DNA of 64,000 nt from Candidatus Poribacteria bacterium (GTDB lineage: Bacteria; Poribacteria; WGA-4E; WGA-3G): positions 1 to 64,000 of the forward strand of contig OZ244048.1 of the NCBI GenBank assembly GCA_965215265.1, read 5' to 3'. Of this stretch, positions 32,098-42,717 are shown in pieces; the stretch's first letter is position 1, and each line of letters starts with the position of its first letter. The notes below the pieces were generated by a model, which was given only the letters and a program-made list of their open reading frames with translations, did not search any database and was not told the DNA's origin. Both the position numbers and the translations under genes were made by a program.

Positions 32098-32350
32098 ACC
32101 GTCTGAAAGTTTGTCTGCTTGCTATCGATATCGCTTTTAAAATATGTTTTGCTCTTTTTTCTTCTAATTGGGGAAAATTGAATTTATATTCTTCAGAATC
32201 AGCGAAAGTATCTGCTACGTGTTTAAATTCACTTTGACTAGAAGCAGGTTGCTTGCCCTGAAGACTTGATGCCTTCTGTCCGCCACAAGTGTATGTATAC
32301 CTTTAACAATCGTTAATATCAATAATCGAAAAAGGAAGGAATTTCTAAAC

Positions 32351-33082
32351 ATGACAGGCGAAGAAAAATTTACTGTCGACCTAGAGGGTTATCTCGTGAT
32401 AAAAGACGTTTTGACGGATGATGAAGTGGCTGAGATGAACGCTATCATTGACGCAGGTAACCTTCAGGGCCCACCGAGTCTCTGGGGTGAACCGTTCAAG
32501 AGGCTTATTAACCATCCGAAAATTCTGCGTTATCTTATTGAGTTATTGGGCCCTCATGTCCGGCTGGACCACGATTATGCCATTTTCATGAACGCGGGCG
32601 AAGGACGTGGTGGGTTGCACGGTGGTGAAGATGGAGGCCGCCCGGGCGGGCACGAGGGCGATCATTGGTACAAATATCGTGATGGTGTCATGCGGAACGG
32701 CTTGTGCGTGATGACTTACAATTTGGTAGACGCACCTGAAGGTGCCGGTGGGTTTGCTTGTGTACCAGGTAGCCACAAGAGTAATTTCACTACCGATATT
32801 CCGGCAGAGGTTCGCCGGTTTGAAAGGGCCGTCCACTATGTCGTGCAACCTGCACTTAAGGCGGGGGATGTCCTCTTTTTTACTGAGGCTGTTGTTCACG
32901 GTACAATGCCGTGGCGTGCAGAACACCAGCGGCGCGCGTTGCTGTATAAATATAGTCCGGGACATTCCGCATGGTCAGGTAATTATTATGACATCAGCAA
33001 ATACGGTGAATTGACTGAACAACAGCACCGGATGCTTTTGCCCCCTTCTATTGGCGGTCGGCCTCGTGTGCTCGATGCCTAG
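32351..33082 (+). CDS. PhyH family dioxygenase
   Basis: DLEGYLVIKDVL, LHGG, GGFACVPGSHK, EAVVHGT.PW, RRALLYKY. Confidence 0.9.
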   Translation: MTGEEKFTVDLEGYLVIKDVLTDDEVAEMNAIIDAGNLQGPPSLWGEPFKRLINHPKILRYLIELLGPHVRLDHDYAIFMNAGEGRGGLHGGEDGGRPGGHEGDHWYKYRDGVMRNGLCVMTYNLVDAPEGAGGFACVPGSHKSNFTTDIPAEVRRFERAVHYVVQPALKAGDVLFFTEAVVHGTMPWRAEHQRRALLYKYSPGHSAWSGNYYDISKYGELTEQQHRMLLPPSIGGRPRVLDA

Positions 33083-33105
33083 TTAAACAGAGCGAGGATA
33101 ACATA

Positions 33106-34272
33106 ATGTCAAGTATACAACTCACCGGAAACCAGAGTGACTTCCTGAAAATAGTTGCGGCAGCGGCGGGTAGAGGCGATCTTGAAACCGTTCGCCAATT
33201 GGTTGATGACAATCCGGGTTGGGTTCACACAGTCGGTTCGCACGGCCGTACAATGCTGTGGGAAGCGGCTTATCGCGGAAAATTGGAAGTCGTCCAATTT
33301 CTTCTTGGGCGCGGTGCAGATATAAATCTACCCGGTTGCTATCATATCCAACATCGCGTAGAAATAACGCCTTACTGCGTAGCGAGGTACGAAGGGCACG
33401 GCGAGGTGGCGGATTATCTACGGGCACACGGTGCGAAAATTGACATTCATACTGCCGCTTACCTCGGAGATTACGAAGTAGTTCGCTCGCTTCTCGACGA
33501 GGATAAACGTCTTGTCAATAGTGGATACCTTCAAGCAGTGATGCTTCCAGCGGGGGCACCTGTCACTTTTGAACATAGAGATGCAGCATGGGCAACCCCT
33601 CTCTGCTACGCAGTTGTAGGCGGACACAAAGCTATTGTTGAATTGCTCATCTTACGCGGTGCTGCGATCGCACTTCATAGCAAACGGCTGCTTGATTATG
33701 CTGTCGCGTTAAATCGGATAGACCTCGTTAAGTTGTTACTTGACAATGGCGCAGATTTGAGCAAAGCCCCTCGTATTTTGGACGATAATGGCGAAATGGT
33801 TAATCTCCTAAAGACTTACGGTGTCCTCCCTGCAGACATCAATGCTAAAAACCACATGGGGTGGCCCCCATTCGTTATTGCCTGCCGAGGCGACAACGGA
33901 GAGCATCCCGACGAAATTCAGAGGCTTTTAAAACTTGGTGCTGATATCGATGTTCGGAATTACAAAGGCAAAACGGCGTTGCATTGTGCCGCAAAAGCCG
34001 GTTTTCTCAAAGTCATCAATCTGCTCATCGAGCAAGGGGCTACAATTGATGCTCCCGATAAGAATGGAGAAACGCCGTTATTTGATGCAATCCGCTCAAC
34101 GATAAAGAACAGAGAAAAGCAACGTGCATCACTGGAAACGTTGCTCGTCAAAGGGGCAAACCCGAATGCCAAAAATCTGAAAGGATTGACACCGCTAAAG
34201 GTTACCCAGCGGATGCGAAGGGCAGAGGCAGGGAAAATTGTGACGTTGTTGCGAACCTACGGTGCTGTTTAG
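33106..34272 (+). CDS. Ankyrin repeat protein
   Basis: Repeated GRTML/GKTALH/GETPL...LL..GADI ankyrin units. Confidence 0.92.
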   Translation: MSSIQLTGNQSDFLKIVAAAAGRGDLETVRQLVDDNPGWVHTVGSHGRTMLWEAAYRGKLEVVQFLLGRGADINLPGCYHIQHRVEITPYCVARYEGHGEVADYLRAHGAKIDIHTAAYLGDYEVVRSLLDEDKRLVNSGYLQAVMLPAGAPVTFEHRDAAWATPLCYAVVGGHKAIVELLILRGAAIALHSKRLLDYAVALNRIDLVKLLLDNGADLSKAPRILDDNGEMVNLLKTYGVLPADINAKNHMGWPPFVIACRGDNGEHPDEIQRLLKLGADIDVRNYKGKTALHCAAKAGFLKVINLLIEQGATIDAPDKNGETPLFDAIRSTIKNREKQRASLETLLVKGANPNAKNLKGLTPLKVTQRMRRAEAGKIVTLLRTYGAV

Positions 34273-34305
34273 GTATCCTGTCTATCCAATTACAAAGGAG
34301 TGTGT

Positions 34306-35115
34306 ATGTTAACATCTGACGAAAAATGGTTTTTTGACCATCACGGATTCATTATTCTTCGTCAAGTTGTGCCAGTCGAGGATATCCGGTTAATGATTGA
34401 ATTGGGCGAGCTATGGCACGAGATGAGTTTAGAGGCCTTGCCGCCGCCACTTACTTCTACTTCCCGGACTGGTACCCATTCTCCGACGATTGCACATTGG
34501 ATTAATCATGTCCAGTACGGTCATCAGGTATTCCAGCGGCTAGTGCTTAATGTAGAGATTATGCGGGTGATCATCGCACTGACACGAAACACTCCGTGTC
34601 TTGTGGACTGTGCTTTGACTCAGAACCATAAAACCTCGGATGATATCGGTTTTCATGCTGCTGGACAGGATTACGGTGTAGAAAATGGCATGCCTTACGC
34701 AGGCTTTCTCAACGCAGCGACATCATTGGTTGATGTACCACCTGGAACCGGGTTCGTCTGTCTGCCTGGCAGTCATAAGCGTCACTTCGATCCTCCAGAT
34801 AACCTGTCAATTTACGGTGGTCCTCCAACGGTTATCAATGTTCCGCTCTGTGCAGGGGATTGCGTCATCTTTACTGAAGCACTCTACCACGGTGCGAGAC
34901 GTTGGACAGAAACATATCCACGTTATACCGTCTTCAATCGATACATTGCTGACGGATCGCACCGCGCACTGCCGATCGAATCCTATAAACATTTGATTTG
35001 CGAGGAAGTCTACGAATTGGAAAAGCCTGCGATTCGAGGACACCGGAAACAGGTAGTAGAACGTATCCTAAGTGGTATTTTCACCCGACAGCAAAACGCT
35101 TGCAAGTACTGCTAA
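34306..35115 (+). CDS. PhyH family dioxygenase
   Basis: FFDHHGFIIL, GFVCLPGSHK, EALYHG; 3' end runs into a WD40 remnant. Confidence 0.85.
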   Translation: MLTSDEKWFFDHHGFIILRQVVPVEDIRLMIELGELWHEMSLEALPPPLTSTSRTGTHSPTIAHWINHVQYGHQVFQRLVLNVEIMRVIIALTRNTPCLVDCALTQNHKTSDDIGFHAAGQDYGVENGMPYAGFLNAATSLVDVPPGTGFVCLPGSHKRHFDPPDNLSIYGGPPTVINVPLCAGDCVIFTEALYHGARRWTETYPRYTVFNRYIADGSHRALPIESYKHLICEEVYELEKPAIRGHRKQVVERILSGIFTRQQNACKYC

Positions 35116-35556
35116 GGACGAGGCTGTTATTCACTTGTGGGATATTACCTCAGGCAGAAAAATTACCCTATCTACAGAGCATCTGGCTGGAACTGTTGGG
35201 GCATTGGCATTCTCTCCATATGGCAAAACACTTGCTTGTGGACGTAGAGACAGATTAATTCAGGTATGGGACGTTAGGACCCATGAATTGCTATCGAATT
35301 TCATGGGAAATGCAGGGCGTGCACTGCATTGGCGTTTTCTCCAGATAGCACAAGACTAGCCAATGGAAGCTCAGATGGACTGATTCGAGTATGGGATGTC
35401 GATACAAAACGACAAATATTGGATGCTCTCACCGGGCACGCTTCTACTGTCACACAGTTATTATTTTCACAAAATAGCCAGACACTTGTAAGCGGCAGTA
35501 GGGATAATACAATTCTTGTCTGGGAATTAGATAAAATTGGAAACGTAGATAAATAG
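35072..35556 (+). pseudogene. C-terminal WD40 protein remnant (frameshifted)
   Basis: FSPDSKTLAS...IHLWD, then after a frameshift AFSPDSTRLA...SGSRDNTILVWE; no N-terminus. Confidence 0.75.
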
Positions 35557-35883
35557 TCGCTCCCCGTTATTGCTAAATGTGTCCCTAACTGAGATTGGAT
35601 TAGGATAGGGTGCTTTGGATAATTTCGCATCCTGTCTTAACCCAGACATCATTAAGCTGGGACGAGTCCCTTGGAGGTTTCCCATAATGAGATGATGAAT
35701 TAGGTCTGATCTTGTTTTTAAATTTCCTCAAAAAACGCCAAATATGATATAATGATACCATTGGACTGAAACAAAACACTCTGATTTAAACATCAAGACG
35801 TTGTCATCGTCTTAAAATAGTAAGCATACCGAGATTGCAAACCTGAACGATTTTATTAATTCTCATAAGAAAGGAATGGAAAT

Positions 35884-37239
35884 TTGAACCATAGAAAACG
35901 TATTCTAGGCACGCCGCACTGTTGCAAACGTCTATTGCAAAGTCGGTTCTTCATCTTATGTTTCATCGTTACCTTAGGAGTAAGTCCTGCTATGGCTGGC
36001 GAATGGCCGAGTTGGCGTGGCGCTCAACAGAACGGTACATCGGCTGAAACCAATTTGATTTCTAGCTGGTCGGTATCCGGAGATAACCTCCTCTGGCACG
36101 CAGAATTTATAGGCCGTTCTACACCTATCGTCTTAAATGAACGAGTGTACGTTATCGGGCGTACTGGTGAAGATATCACACAGCAAGAGCGTATTGCCTG
36201 TTTTGACGCAAAAACAGGTGAACTGCTTTGGAGCCACGAATTTAATGTCTTTCACACAACAATTTCCTTTAACCGCGTCGGTTGGGCGAGTCCTATAGGT
36301 GATTTGGAAACAGGAAACATCTACGTTCATGGGGTACAAGGGCTATTTTTCTGTTTTGATAAAGATGGTAATATTGTGTGGTCACGGTCGCTCACAGAAG
36401 AATATGGCAGGATTTCTGGTTACGGAGGTCGCATCCATACGCCGATTATCGCTGGAAATTTAGTCGTAATCAGTTACCTGAATTCAGGCTGGGGCGAGCA
36501 AACCGCTACACGGCACCGTTATTTTGCATTTGATAAACAGACTGGCGAATTAATATGGGTATCCACTCCGGGCGGTAGACCGCTCGACACGACCTATTCA
36601 ACACCGGTTGTTACGGAGATTGATGGACACCCTCTAATTATTGGTGGAAATGCCGATGGCAGCATTTATGCAATGAAGCAAGAGACCGGTGAAATGATAT
36701 GGGGCTTTAAGTTAAGTCAGCGCGGGATTAATACATCGGTTGTGGTTGAAGGTACTAAGGTCTACGCCTCACACGGTGAGGAGAACATAGATAGTACGAC
36801 AATGGGACGCGTTGTCTGCATTGATGCCACCGGCACAGGCGATGTTACCACTACGCATGAAGTCTGGCGATATGATGGGGTTAATTTTGGATACTCCTCT
36901 CCTACGATTCACGCGGGCCACGTCTACATTGTGGATAATTCGGCGAACGTTCACTGCCTCAACGCCGAGACCGGCGAATTACTTTGGGAACACAGCATTG
37001 GTACTGTCGGAAAGGGTTCGCCTGTCTGGGCAGACGGGAAATTGTACGTTACAGAGGTTAACGGCAAATTTCATATTCTGCAACCGACAGAAGAGGGGTG
37101 TGAATCCCTCGATGTAGAGCAGATTAACAGAAAAATTGACAGCCATTATGTAGAGATCTACGGATCGCCTGCAATTGCGGATGGGAAAATCTATTTTACC
37201 ACCGAAGAACACATCTATTGTATTGGGAGTATGAAATGA
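35884..37239 (+). CDS. Exported PQQ-binding-like (BamB-type) beta-propeller protein
   Basis: Signal peptide (AMA-G), EWPSWRG, repeated D..TGELLW and STP blade motifs. Confidence 0.88.
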   Translation: MNHRKRILGTPHCCKRLLQSRFFILCFIVTLGVSPAMAGEWPSWRGAQQNGTSAETNLISSWSVSGDNLLWHAEFIGRSTPIVLNERVYVIGRTGEDITQQERIACFDAKTGELLWSHEFNVFHTTISFNRVGWASPIGDLETGNIYVHGVQGLFFCFDKDGNIVWSRSLTEEYGRISGYGGRIHTPIIAGNLVVISYLNSGWGEQTATRHRYFAFDKQTGELIWVSTPGGRPLDTTYSTPVVTEIDGHPLIIGGNADGSIYAMKQETGEMIWGFKLSQRGINTSVVVEGTKVYASHGEENIDSTTMGRVVCIDATGTGDVTTTHEVWRYDGVNFGYSSPTIHAGHVYIVDNSANVHCLNAETGELLWEHSIGTVGKGSPVWADGKLYVTEVNGKFHILQPTEEGCESLDVEQINRKIDSHYVEIYGSPAIADGKIYFTTEEHIYCIGSMK

Positions 37240-38180
37240 TGAAAATTTCTTGTAGAAGCAATTTGCTGATCGCGAGTCTTTGTGTCATAGTTTGCTGCAT
37301 CGTGGCCGGATGCGCTAGTAAAGAGGTTGCTCTGGTACCCAGCGAACGGATGCAATCAAGAGAGCCTGCGGTGTCTATTTTGCTAACCCCCGCTGAAAGC
37401 TTAACCGATAGGCAACCTGTTCAATTCACACTTATAGCTTTTGATGTAAACGGGAAGCGTACGAACAAAATTGGCAACAGCGAATGGGGGCTCATAGGTT
37501 TAGCAGGAACTGTCCAAGATGGGTTATTCACACCTGATAAAAGTGCGGGAGCACAAGCCGGAACAGTCGTAGTCCGCTCGGGTGCCATGAAAGCGGCGGC
37601 CCGCATCCGGGTTATTCCGCCACTCCCATGGACAGAAGATTTTGAAGCAATGGAGCCGGAAAAAAGCCCATCCCACTGGATCGGTTCAACAAGGAAGTTT
37701 TTCATCCGAGAAAAAGATGGCAACAAAGTTCTCGTTAAAACACCTGTCCAGCGCGGGTTAAACCGTTCGAACGTCTACATCGGTCCGCCGAAGATGAAAG
37801 ATTACACTATCCAAATTGACCTTATGGGCACGAAAGATAAACGCAGGCTCCCCGATATGGGGCTAATTGCAAATCGGTATACGTTGGACATGCAAGGTAG
37901 ACATCAACGTTTACAAATCCGTTCATGGGCATCTGACCTTCGTATGGCAAAGACGATAGATTTCGCTTGGGAAACCGATGTCTGGTATACCATGAAAATG
38001 GGCGTAGAAATTATTGATGGCAAAGCGATTATCCGTGGTAAAGTATGGCGGACTAGTGAGCCTGAACCGGATGCGTGGACACTGACAGCCGAAGACCCGC
38101 TCCCGAACGTGGAAGGCAGCCCCGGCATTTACGGATACTCTGCAACTGAAATTTATTACGACAATTTAAAGGTATGGTGA
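37236..38180 (+). CDS. Lipoprotein with Ig-like and ConA/DUF1080-like domains
   Basis: IVAG-C lipobox; ATGA overlap with the upstream stop; WYTMKM...GKVW...EPDAW...GSPGIYG..EIYYDNLKV. Confidence 0.65.
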   Translation: MMKISCRSNLLIASLCVIVCCIVAGCASKEVALVPSERMQSREPAVSILLTPAESLTDRQPVQFTLIAFDVNGKRTNKIGNSEWGLIGLAGTVQDGLFTPDKSAGAQAGTVVVRSGAMKAAARIRVIPPLPWTEDFEAMEPEKSPSHWIGSTRKFFIREKDGNKVLVKTPVQRGLNRSNVYIGPPKMKDYTIQIDLMGTKDKRRLPDMGLIANRYTLDMQGRHQRLQIRSWASDLRMAKTIDFAWETDVWYTMKMGVEIIDGKAIIRGKVWRTSEPEPDAWTLTAEDPLPNVEGSPGIYGYSATEIYYDNLKVW

Positions 38181-38183
38181 TAT

Positions 38184-39719
38184 ATGCAAAAGAATTATAC
38201 GACGGCAACAAGTGCGTCGTCAATTATCAGAGGGCAAGGGCTTGTAACTTGCACAGATACCATTAAAATCATTAACGCAAATACGACATTATGGCGGTTT
38301 TCTGCCCTTATCGTTGGACTTCTCTTGAGTCTTGTAATTCCTTGCACCGCTGCCAAAAAGGAAATCGCGCTGTGGGGTGGCACGCTCAGTAGAAACATGG
38401 TCTCCGATGAAAAAAATATACCTGCAACATGGAATTATGAAACCGGCGAAAATATAAAATGGACAGCACAACTGGGCTCGCAAACGTACGCCGGGCCGCT
38501 TGTTATTGGAGGCAAGGTATTTGTTGGGACCAATAACCAAGCACTCCGAAATCCAAAGTTAACAGGTGACCGGGGTGTCATCATGGCGTTTCGTGAAGCA
38601 GATGGTAAATTTCTCTGGCAGTCAACGCACACCAAACTGCCCTCCGGGCGCGTTAACGACTGGCCGCAACAAGGTGTCTGCTCAACCCCGTTTATTGAGG
38701 GCGACCGGCTCTACTATATCTCCAACCGCTGTGAAGTTGTCTGTGTAGATACGGAAGGCTTCTTAGATGGCGAAAACGATGGTCTCGTTACAGACGAGGC
38801 AGAGACGAGTGAGATTGATGCAGATATCATCTGGAGTTATGATATGATGGATGAGTTGGATGTCTTTCCACACAACCTCGCCACCTGCTCTCCGCTCGCT
38901 GTAGGTGATTTGCTTTTCCTAGAGACAAGCAACGGTGTTGATGAGGGACACATCCACATTCCTTCTCCTGATGCCCCCAGTTTTATTGCGTTAAACAAAA
39001 ACACAGGGGAACTTGTCTGGGAAGATGCTTCCCCGGGCGAAAATATACTTCATGGCCAATGGGCAAATCCGGCTTACGGCGTTATAAAGGGTGTACCACA
39101 GGTTATTATTCCCGGTGGTGATGGTTGGATCTATGCGTTTGAGCCGGAAACCGGGAAGATTATCTGGAAGTTTGACTGCAACCCCAAAGACTCAGTGTGG
39201 GAACTCGGTGGGAGAGGGACCCGAAACAACATCATTTCAACCCCGGTTGTCTACGAAGATAGAGTCTACATTGCCGTCGGTCAGGATCCAGAGCATGGCG
39301 AAGGCGTAGGACACCTCTGGTGTATTGATGCATCTCAGACGGGTGATATAACGGAGACTGCCGCTGTGTGGCATTTCGGTGATGAACAATTTAACCGGAC
39401 TATGTCCACAGCTGCTATTAGCGAAGGGCTGCTCTACATATCTGATTTGAGTGGATTCCTCTATTGCTTAGATGCAAACACCGGAGACCTCTATTGGAAA
39501 CATGACACCTATGCTGCTATTTGGGGCTCGCCCTTTGTCGTAGATGGTAAGGTTTACCTCGGCGATGAAGATGGGGATGTCGTTATCTTAAAAACGGGTA
39601 AAACCGAGCAAGTCCTGTTTGAAACCAACATGGGAAGTGCTGTTTACACAACGCCGGTGGCGAAAGATGGCGTACTATACATCGTAACCCGTAACATGCT
39701 CTTTGCCATCTCAGAATAG
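38184..39719 (+). CDS. Exported PQQ-binding-like beta-propeller protein
   Basis: WGGT.SRNMVS, NIKW.AQLGSQTY, repeated TGELVW/TGKIIW blades, hydrophobic N-terminal segment. Confidence 0.88.
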   Translation: MQKNYTTATSASSIIRGQGLVTCTDTIKIINANTTLWRFSALIVGLLLSLVIPCTAAKKEIALWGGTLSRNMVSDEKNIPATWNYETGENIKWTAQLGSQTYAGPLVIGGKVFVGTNNQALRNPKLTGDRGVIMAFREADGKFLWQSTHTKLPSGRVNDWPQQGVCSTPFIEGDRLYYISNRCEVVCVDTEGFLDGENDGLVTDEAETSEIDADIIWSYDMMDELDVFPHNLATCSPLAVGDLLFLETSNGVDEGHIHIPSPDAPSFIALNKNTGELVWEDASPGENILHGQWANPAYGVIKGVPQVIIPGGDGWIYAFEPETGKIIWKFDCNPKDSVWELGGRGTRNNIISTPVVYEDRVYIAVGQDPEHGEGVGHLWCIDASQTGDITETAAVWHFGDEQFNRTMSTAAISEGLLYISDLSGFLYCLDANTGDLYWKHDTYAAIWGSPFVVDGKVYLGDEDGDVVILKTGKTEQVLFETNMGSAVYTTPVAKDGVLYIVTRNMLFAISE

Positions 39720-39820
39720 CGAAAAATCCTCTGTAGACAGGAGCGGCAAGGCTCATTTAGCACGCAAATTCTTGTTGCGTCCAGGCATTTGCTGCCAAAC
39801 TTGCAAGTCTGTATTACGTT

Positions 39821-40900
39821 ATGCAAATGAAACTCTCTCAAAAAATTACGAAAGCCCAAACCGAACTCGATGCCCACGTGAGGGACATTGTCAACTGGCA
39901 TTTTAGTCCGGAGACTGGCTGCCCTTTCTGGTTGGAGTTTGCTGAAACCCTTACTTTTGATCCAAAAAAAGAAATTGCTGGTTACGCAGACCTCAAACGC
40001 CTTGGGCATTTTCAAGATGAGTGGCTCCGGGGTGGCCCGGTGCGGCGATGGGTGCCAAAGGCATACGCGAATCAACCGATTTACGTGTTTGAGACCGGCG
40101 GTTCCACCGGCATCCCGAAGTGCCGGATTAGCGTCCAAGATTTCCATATCGATTATGAGCAATTTAGCACGACACTCTCTGATGAGGGATTCCCGCTCGG
40201 CAGCGATTGGCTCATGCTGGGACCGACAGGGCCCCGGCGTTTACGGCTTGCTGTTGAACACCTCGCCCAACATCGTGGCGGTATCTGTTTCCTTGTAGAT
40301 CTGGATCCACGCTGGGTGAACCAACTTGTGCGGTACGGCAAGCACCAAGAATTGGATGCTTACAAAAATCATGTCATCGCGCAAGCACTCAACGTCCTGA
40401 GGGCGCATGAAAACGTTCAGTGTCTTTTTACCACCCCTAAGCTGCTTGAAGCATTGTGTGAAAAAATTTCGTTGCAAAAAGCCGGCATTAAGGGTATCTT
40501 TTGTGGTGGAACGGAGATGGATGCACAGTTTCACCGATTTGCGCGTGAAGAGCTCGTTCAAGGCATCGATTTTGTCCCTACCTATGGCAATACGTTGATG
40601 GGGCTAGCTACTTGCAAACCATTTAATCCATCGGATAGCTATGCCATAATCTATTACCCGCCCCAACCACGTGCTGTGATTGAATTGGTAAATCCGGCGG
40701 ATCCGGAGGAACCGGTTGATTATGGCGAAACGGGGCGTGTCATGCTCACAACGTTGACAAAAGAATTTTTCATGCCGCGTTTTTTGGAGCGCGACGAAGC
40801 TGAACGTGCAAAACCGATTCCGGAGTACCCTTGGGACGGTGTTGAGAATCTACGCCTACTCACAGAGCTCCAAGAAAGCGTTGTCGTGGGTGTTTACTAA
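39821..40900 (+). CDS. GriC/EhpF-like atypical adenylate-forming (ANL) enzyme
   Basis: WHFSPETGCPFWL N-terminal motif, FETGGSTGIPK P-loop, DLDPRWV, YGNTLMG, ERD; family recalled from EhpF/GriC, not searched. Confidence 0.7.
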   Translation: MQMKLSQKITKAQTELDAHVRDIVNWHFSPETGCPFWLEFAETLTFDPKKEIAGYADLKRLGHFQDEWLRGGPVRRWVPKAYANQPIYVFETGGSTGIPKCRISVQDFHIDYEQFSTTLSDEGFPLGSDWLMLGPTGPRRLRLAVEHLAQHRGGICFLVDLDPRWVNQLVRYGKHQELDAYKNHVIAQALNVLRAHENVQCLFTTPKLLEALCEKISLQKAGIKGIFCGGTEMDAQFHRFAREELVQGIDFVPTYGNTLMGLATCKPFNPSDSYAIIYYPPQPRAVIELVNPADPEEPVDYGETGRVMLTTLTKEFFMPRFLERDEAERAKPIPEYPWDGVENLRLLTELQESVVVGVY

Positions 40901-41012
40901 TCCACCGGACCGGATATTGTCCACGTGATCCGAAGAGGGGTTCAAAATATGCAATTGCACATAGATTTTCTTTTTTCCGACCGGTAGCTCTATAAGATAC
41001 AAAAGAAAAATT

Positions 41013-41827
41013 ATGAATATTGAAAACCGAACCGTTTTTTCTAACGACAACTTGTTTGTTCTTCGGGGCTTAGACAGCGAGTCTATAGACTTAATTTATT
41101 TGGATCCACCCTTCAATTAGGAATTATGCCGCTCCTATAGGGAGCCAGGCGGCAGGCGCAGCGTTTAAAGATACGTGGACGTTATCGGATGTTGATAATG
41201 CATGGCATGGCGAGATTGCCGACCGTGAACCTGCGTTGTATCAAGCGATCACGCCGCTGAGTTAACGCATGGCAAAAGCATGAAATCTGATCTGATTACT
41301 ATGGCGGTGCGCGTGATAGAGATGAAACGCGTTAAAAAAAACGGGAGTATCTATCTGCATTGCGATCCGACAGCCAGCCATTATCTGAAGGTGATGATGG
41401 ATAGCATCTTCGGAAAAAATAACTTCAGGTCTGAGATTACGTGGAAGCGTACAACCTCTACGCAAAAAGGATCTCAGCATCGTAGCACACGGTGGGGCAA
41501 CAACGCTGATATACTTCTGTATTATGCTGCATCGCCATCCACATGCTTGCGTCCAGAAAGAGAATTGTTTGTATACAGGTGCCCAACACCAATCTATGTT
41601 ATGATAACCCTTGCATAAATCTCGTCTGAGCCGTCCGGTGTTTTGACTTTAAAGACATAACCTAAGAAATCTCCGACGAGATCTACATCGGATTTAACAC
41701 AACATAACCCTTTATGGTACGGAGATAGACAAAAAAGTTTGTGAACCCGCATCCGTCTGTTGCAAAGGGACGAGGCATGTAGGAGGAATTGATCACTCGT
41801 TTAAAAGGACAAGGTGTTCTAAAATAA
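41013..41827 (+). pseudogene. Decayed N4/N6 DNA methyltransferase (possibly an MTase-HNH fusion)
   Basis: DNLFVLRGLDSESIDLIYLDPPFN, AFKDTW, GSIYLHCDPTASHYLK spread over several frames with stops; tail EELITRLKGQGVLK. Confidence 0.8.
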
Positions 41828-42012
41828 AGAAGTAGAGATTTGTAGAGCCTAAATACCTGTTTGGATGTCCACTAACAATATAAGAAGGGTTTGAAATCGT
41901 GCTGGGCCGGAAAGTAAGACTTGGTGGTATTTGCGAATTCGGATTTTGTTGGAGGCACTTTGTCCGCCTCCGTCCAATGAAAGTTCAATATAACTCAAAG
42001 AGGAGCCTGACT

Positions 42013-42717
42013 ATGCCAACGAAAATTGAAAAAATGTTCCGGTCACCCTATTCGGTACCGAACGGTTTGCAAGTTACAGACGATGGCTTATGGGTCGTCG
42101 ATCAGATTACTGACAGAGTCGCTTTAGTTGAAATCATAGCAGATCCGGACTATACCGTGCCGAAACTCATCCGCGACATCTCCAGTGAGTCTTCTAACAC
42201 CAGCGGTATGACGTATGGCGAAGGCGCGCTCTGGCTAGCAGCAAATGGCCCTGGAGAACGCTGGCGTCCGGTTAGAGACACAGATGCCAAACCCGGTGCG
42301 AGCGAGATTTTCAAAGTCGACCCTGATACCGGTGAAACCCTTGGACGCTATCCAATCCCTGATGGCGGGGGAACGCACGGTGTCGAATATGACAATTACG
42401 ATGAAGGACATCTCTGGGTTCAGACGCTGAAAAACCGTGAGATACACAAGATTAGCACTTCAGACTGGTCTATCCAGCACACGTTGCCCCTACCGTACGA
42501 CCGGGGACACGGCACTGTTCGTGTTCCAGACGGCCTCTGGGTAACACATACCTCCAACCGTGTTATTGCCAAGCTCGACCTGGCAGATGGCACTATCCTA
42601 GACGAGATCGAGGTAGATGAGGCGTACCCTGAACCGCATGGGCTTTCTATCTATGGAGAAGATTTTCTGTACTGCGATGCTGCCTCCGGCTGGATCGCAA
42701 AGATTACACACACATGA
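42013..42717 (+). CDS. Cytoplasmic beta-propeller protein (Vgb/glutamine cyclotransferase-like)
   Basis: Repeated GLWV/ALWL/HLWV blades with THG, GHG and PHG motifs; AGGAG RBS; stop overlaps the next start. Confidence 0.6.
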   Translation: MPTKIEKMFRSPYSVPNGLQVTDDGLWVVDQITDRVALVEIIADPDYTVPKLIRDISSESSNTSGMTYGEGALWLAANGPGERWRPVRDTDAKPGASEIFKVDPDTGETLGRYPIPDGGGTHGVEYDNYDEGHLWVQTLKNREIHKISTSDWSIQHTLPLPYDRGHGTVRVPDGLWVTHTSNRVIAKLDLADGTILDEIEVDEAYPEPHGLSIYGEDFLYCDAASGWIAKITHT

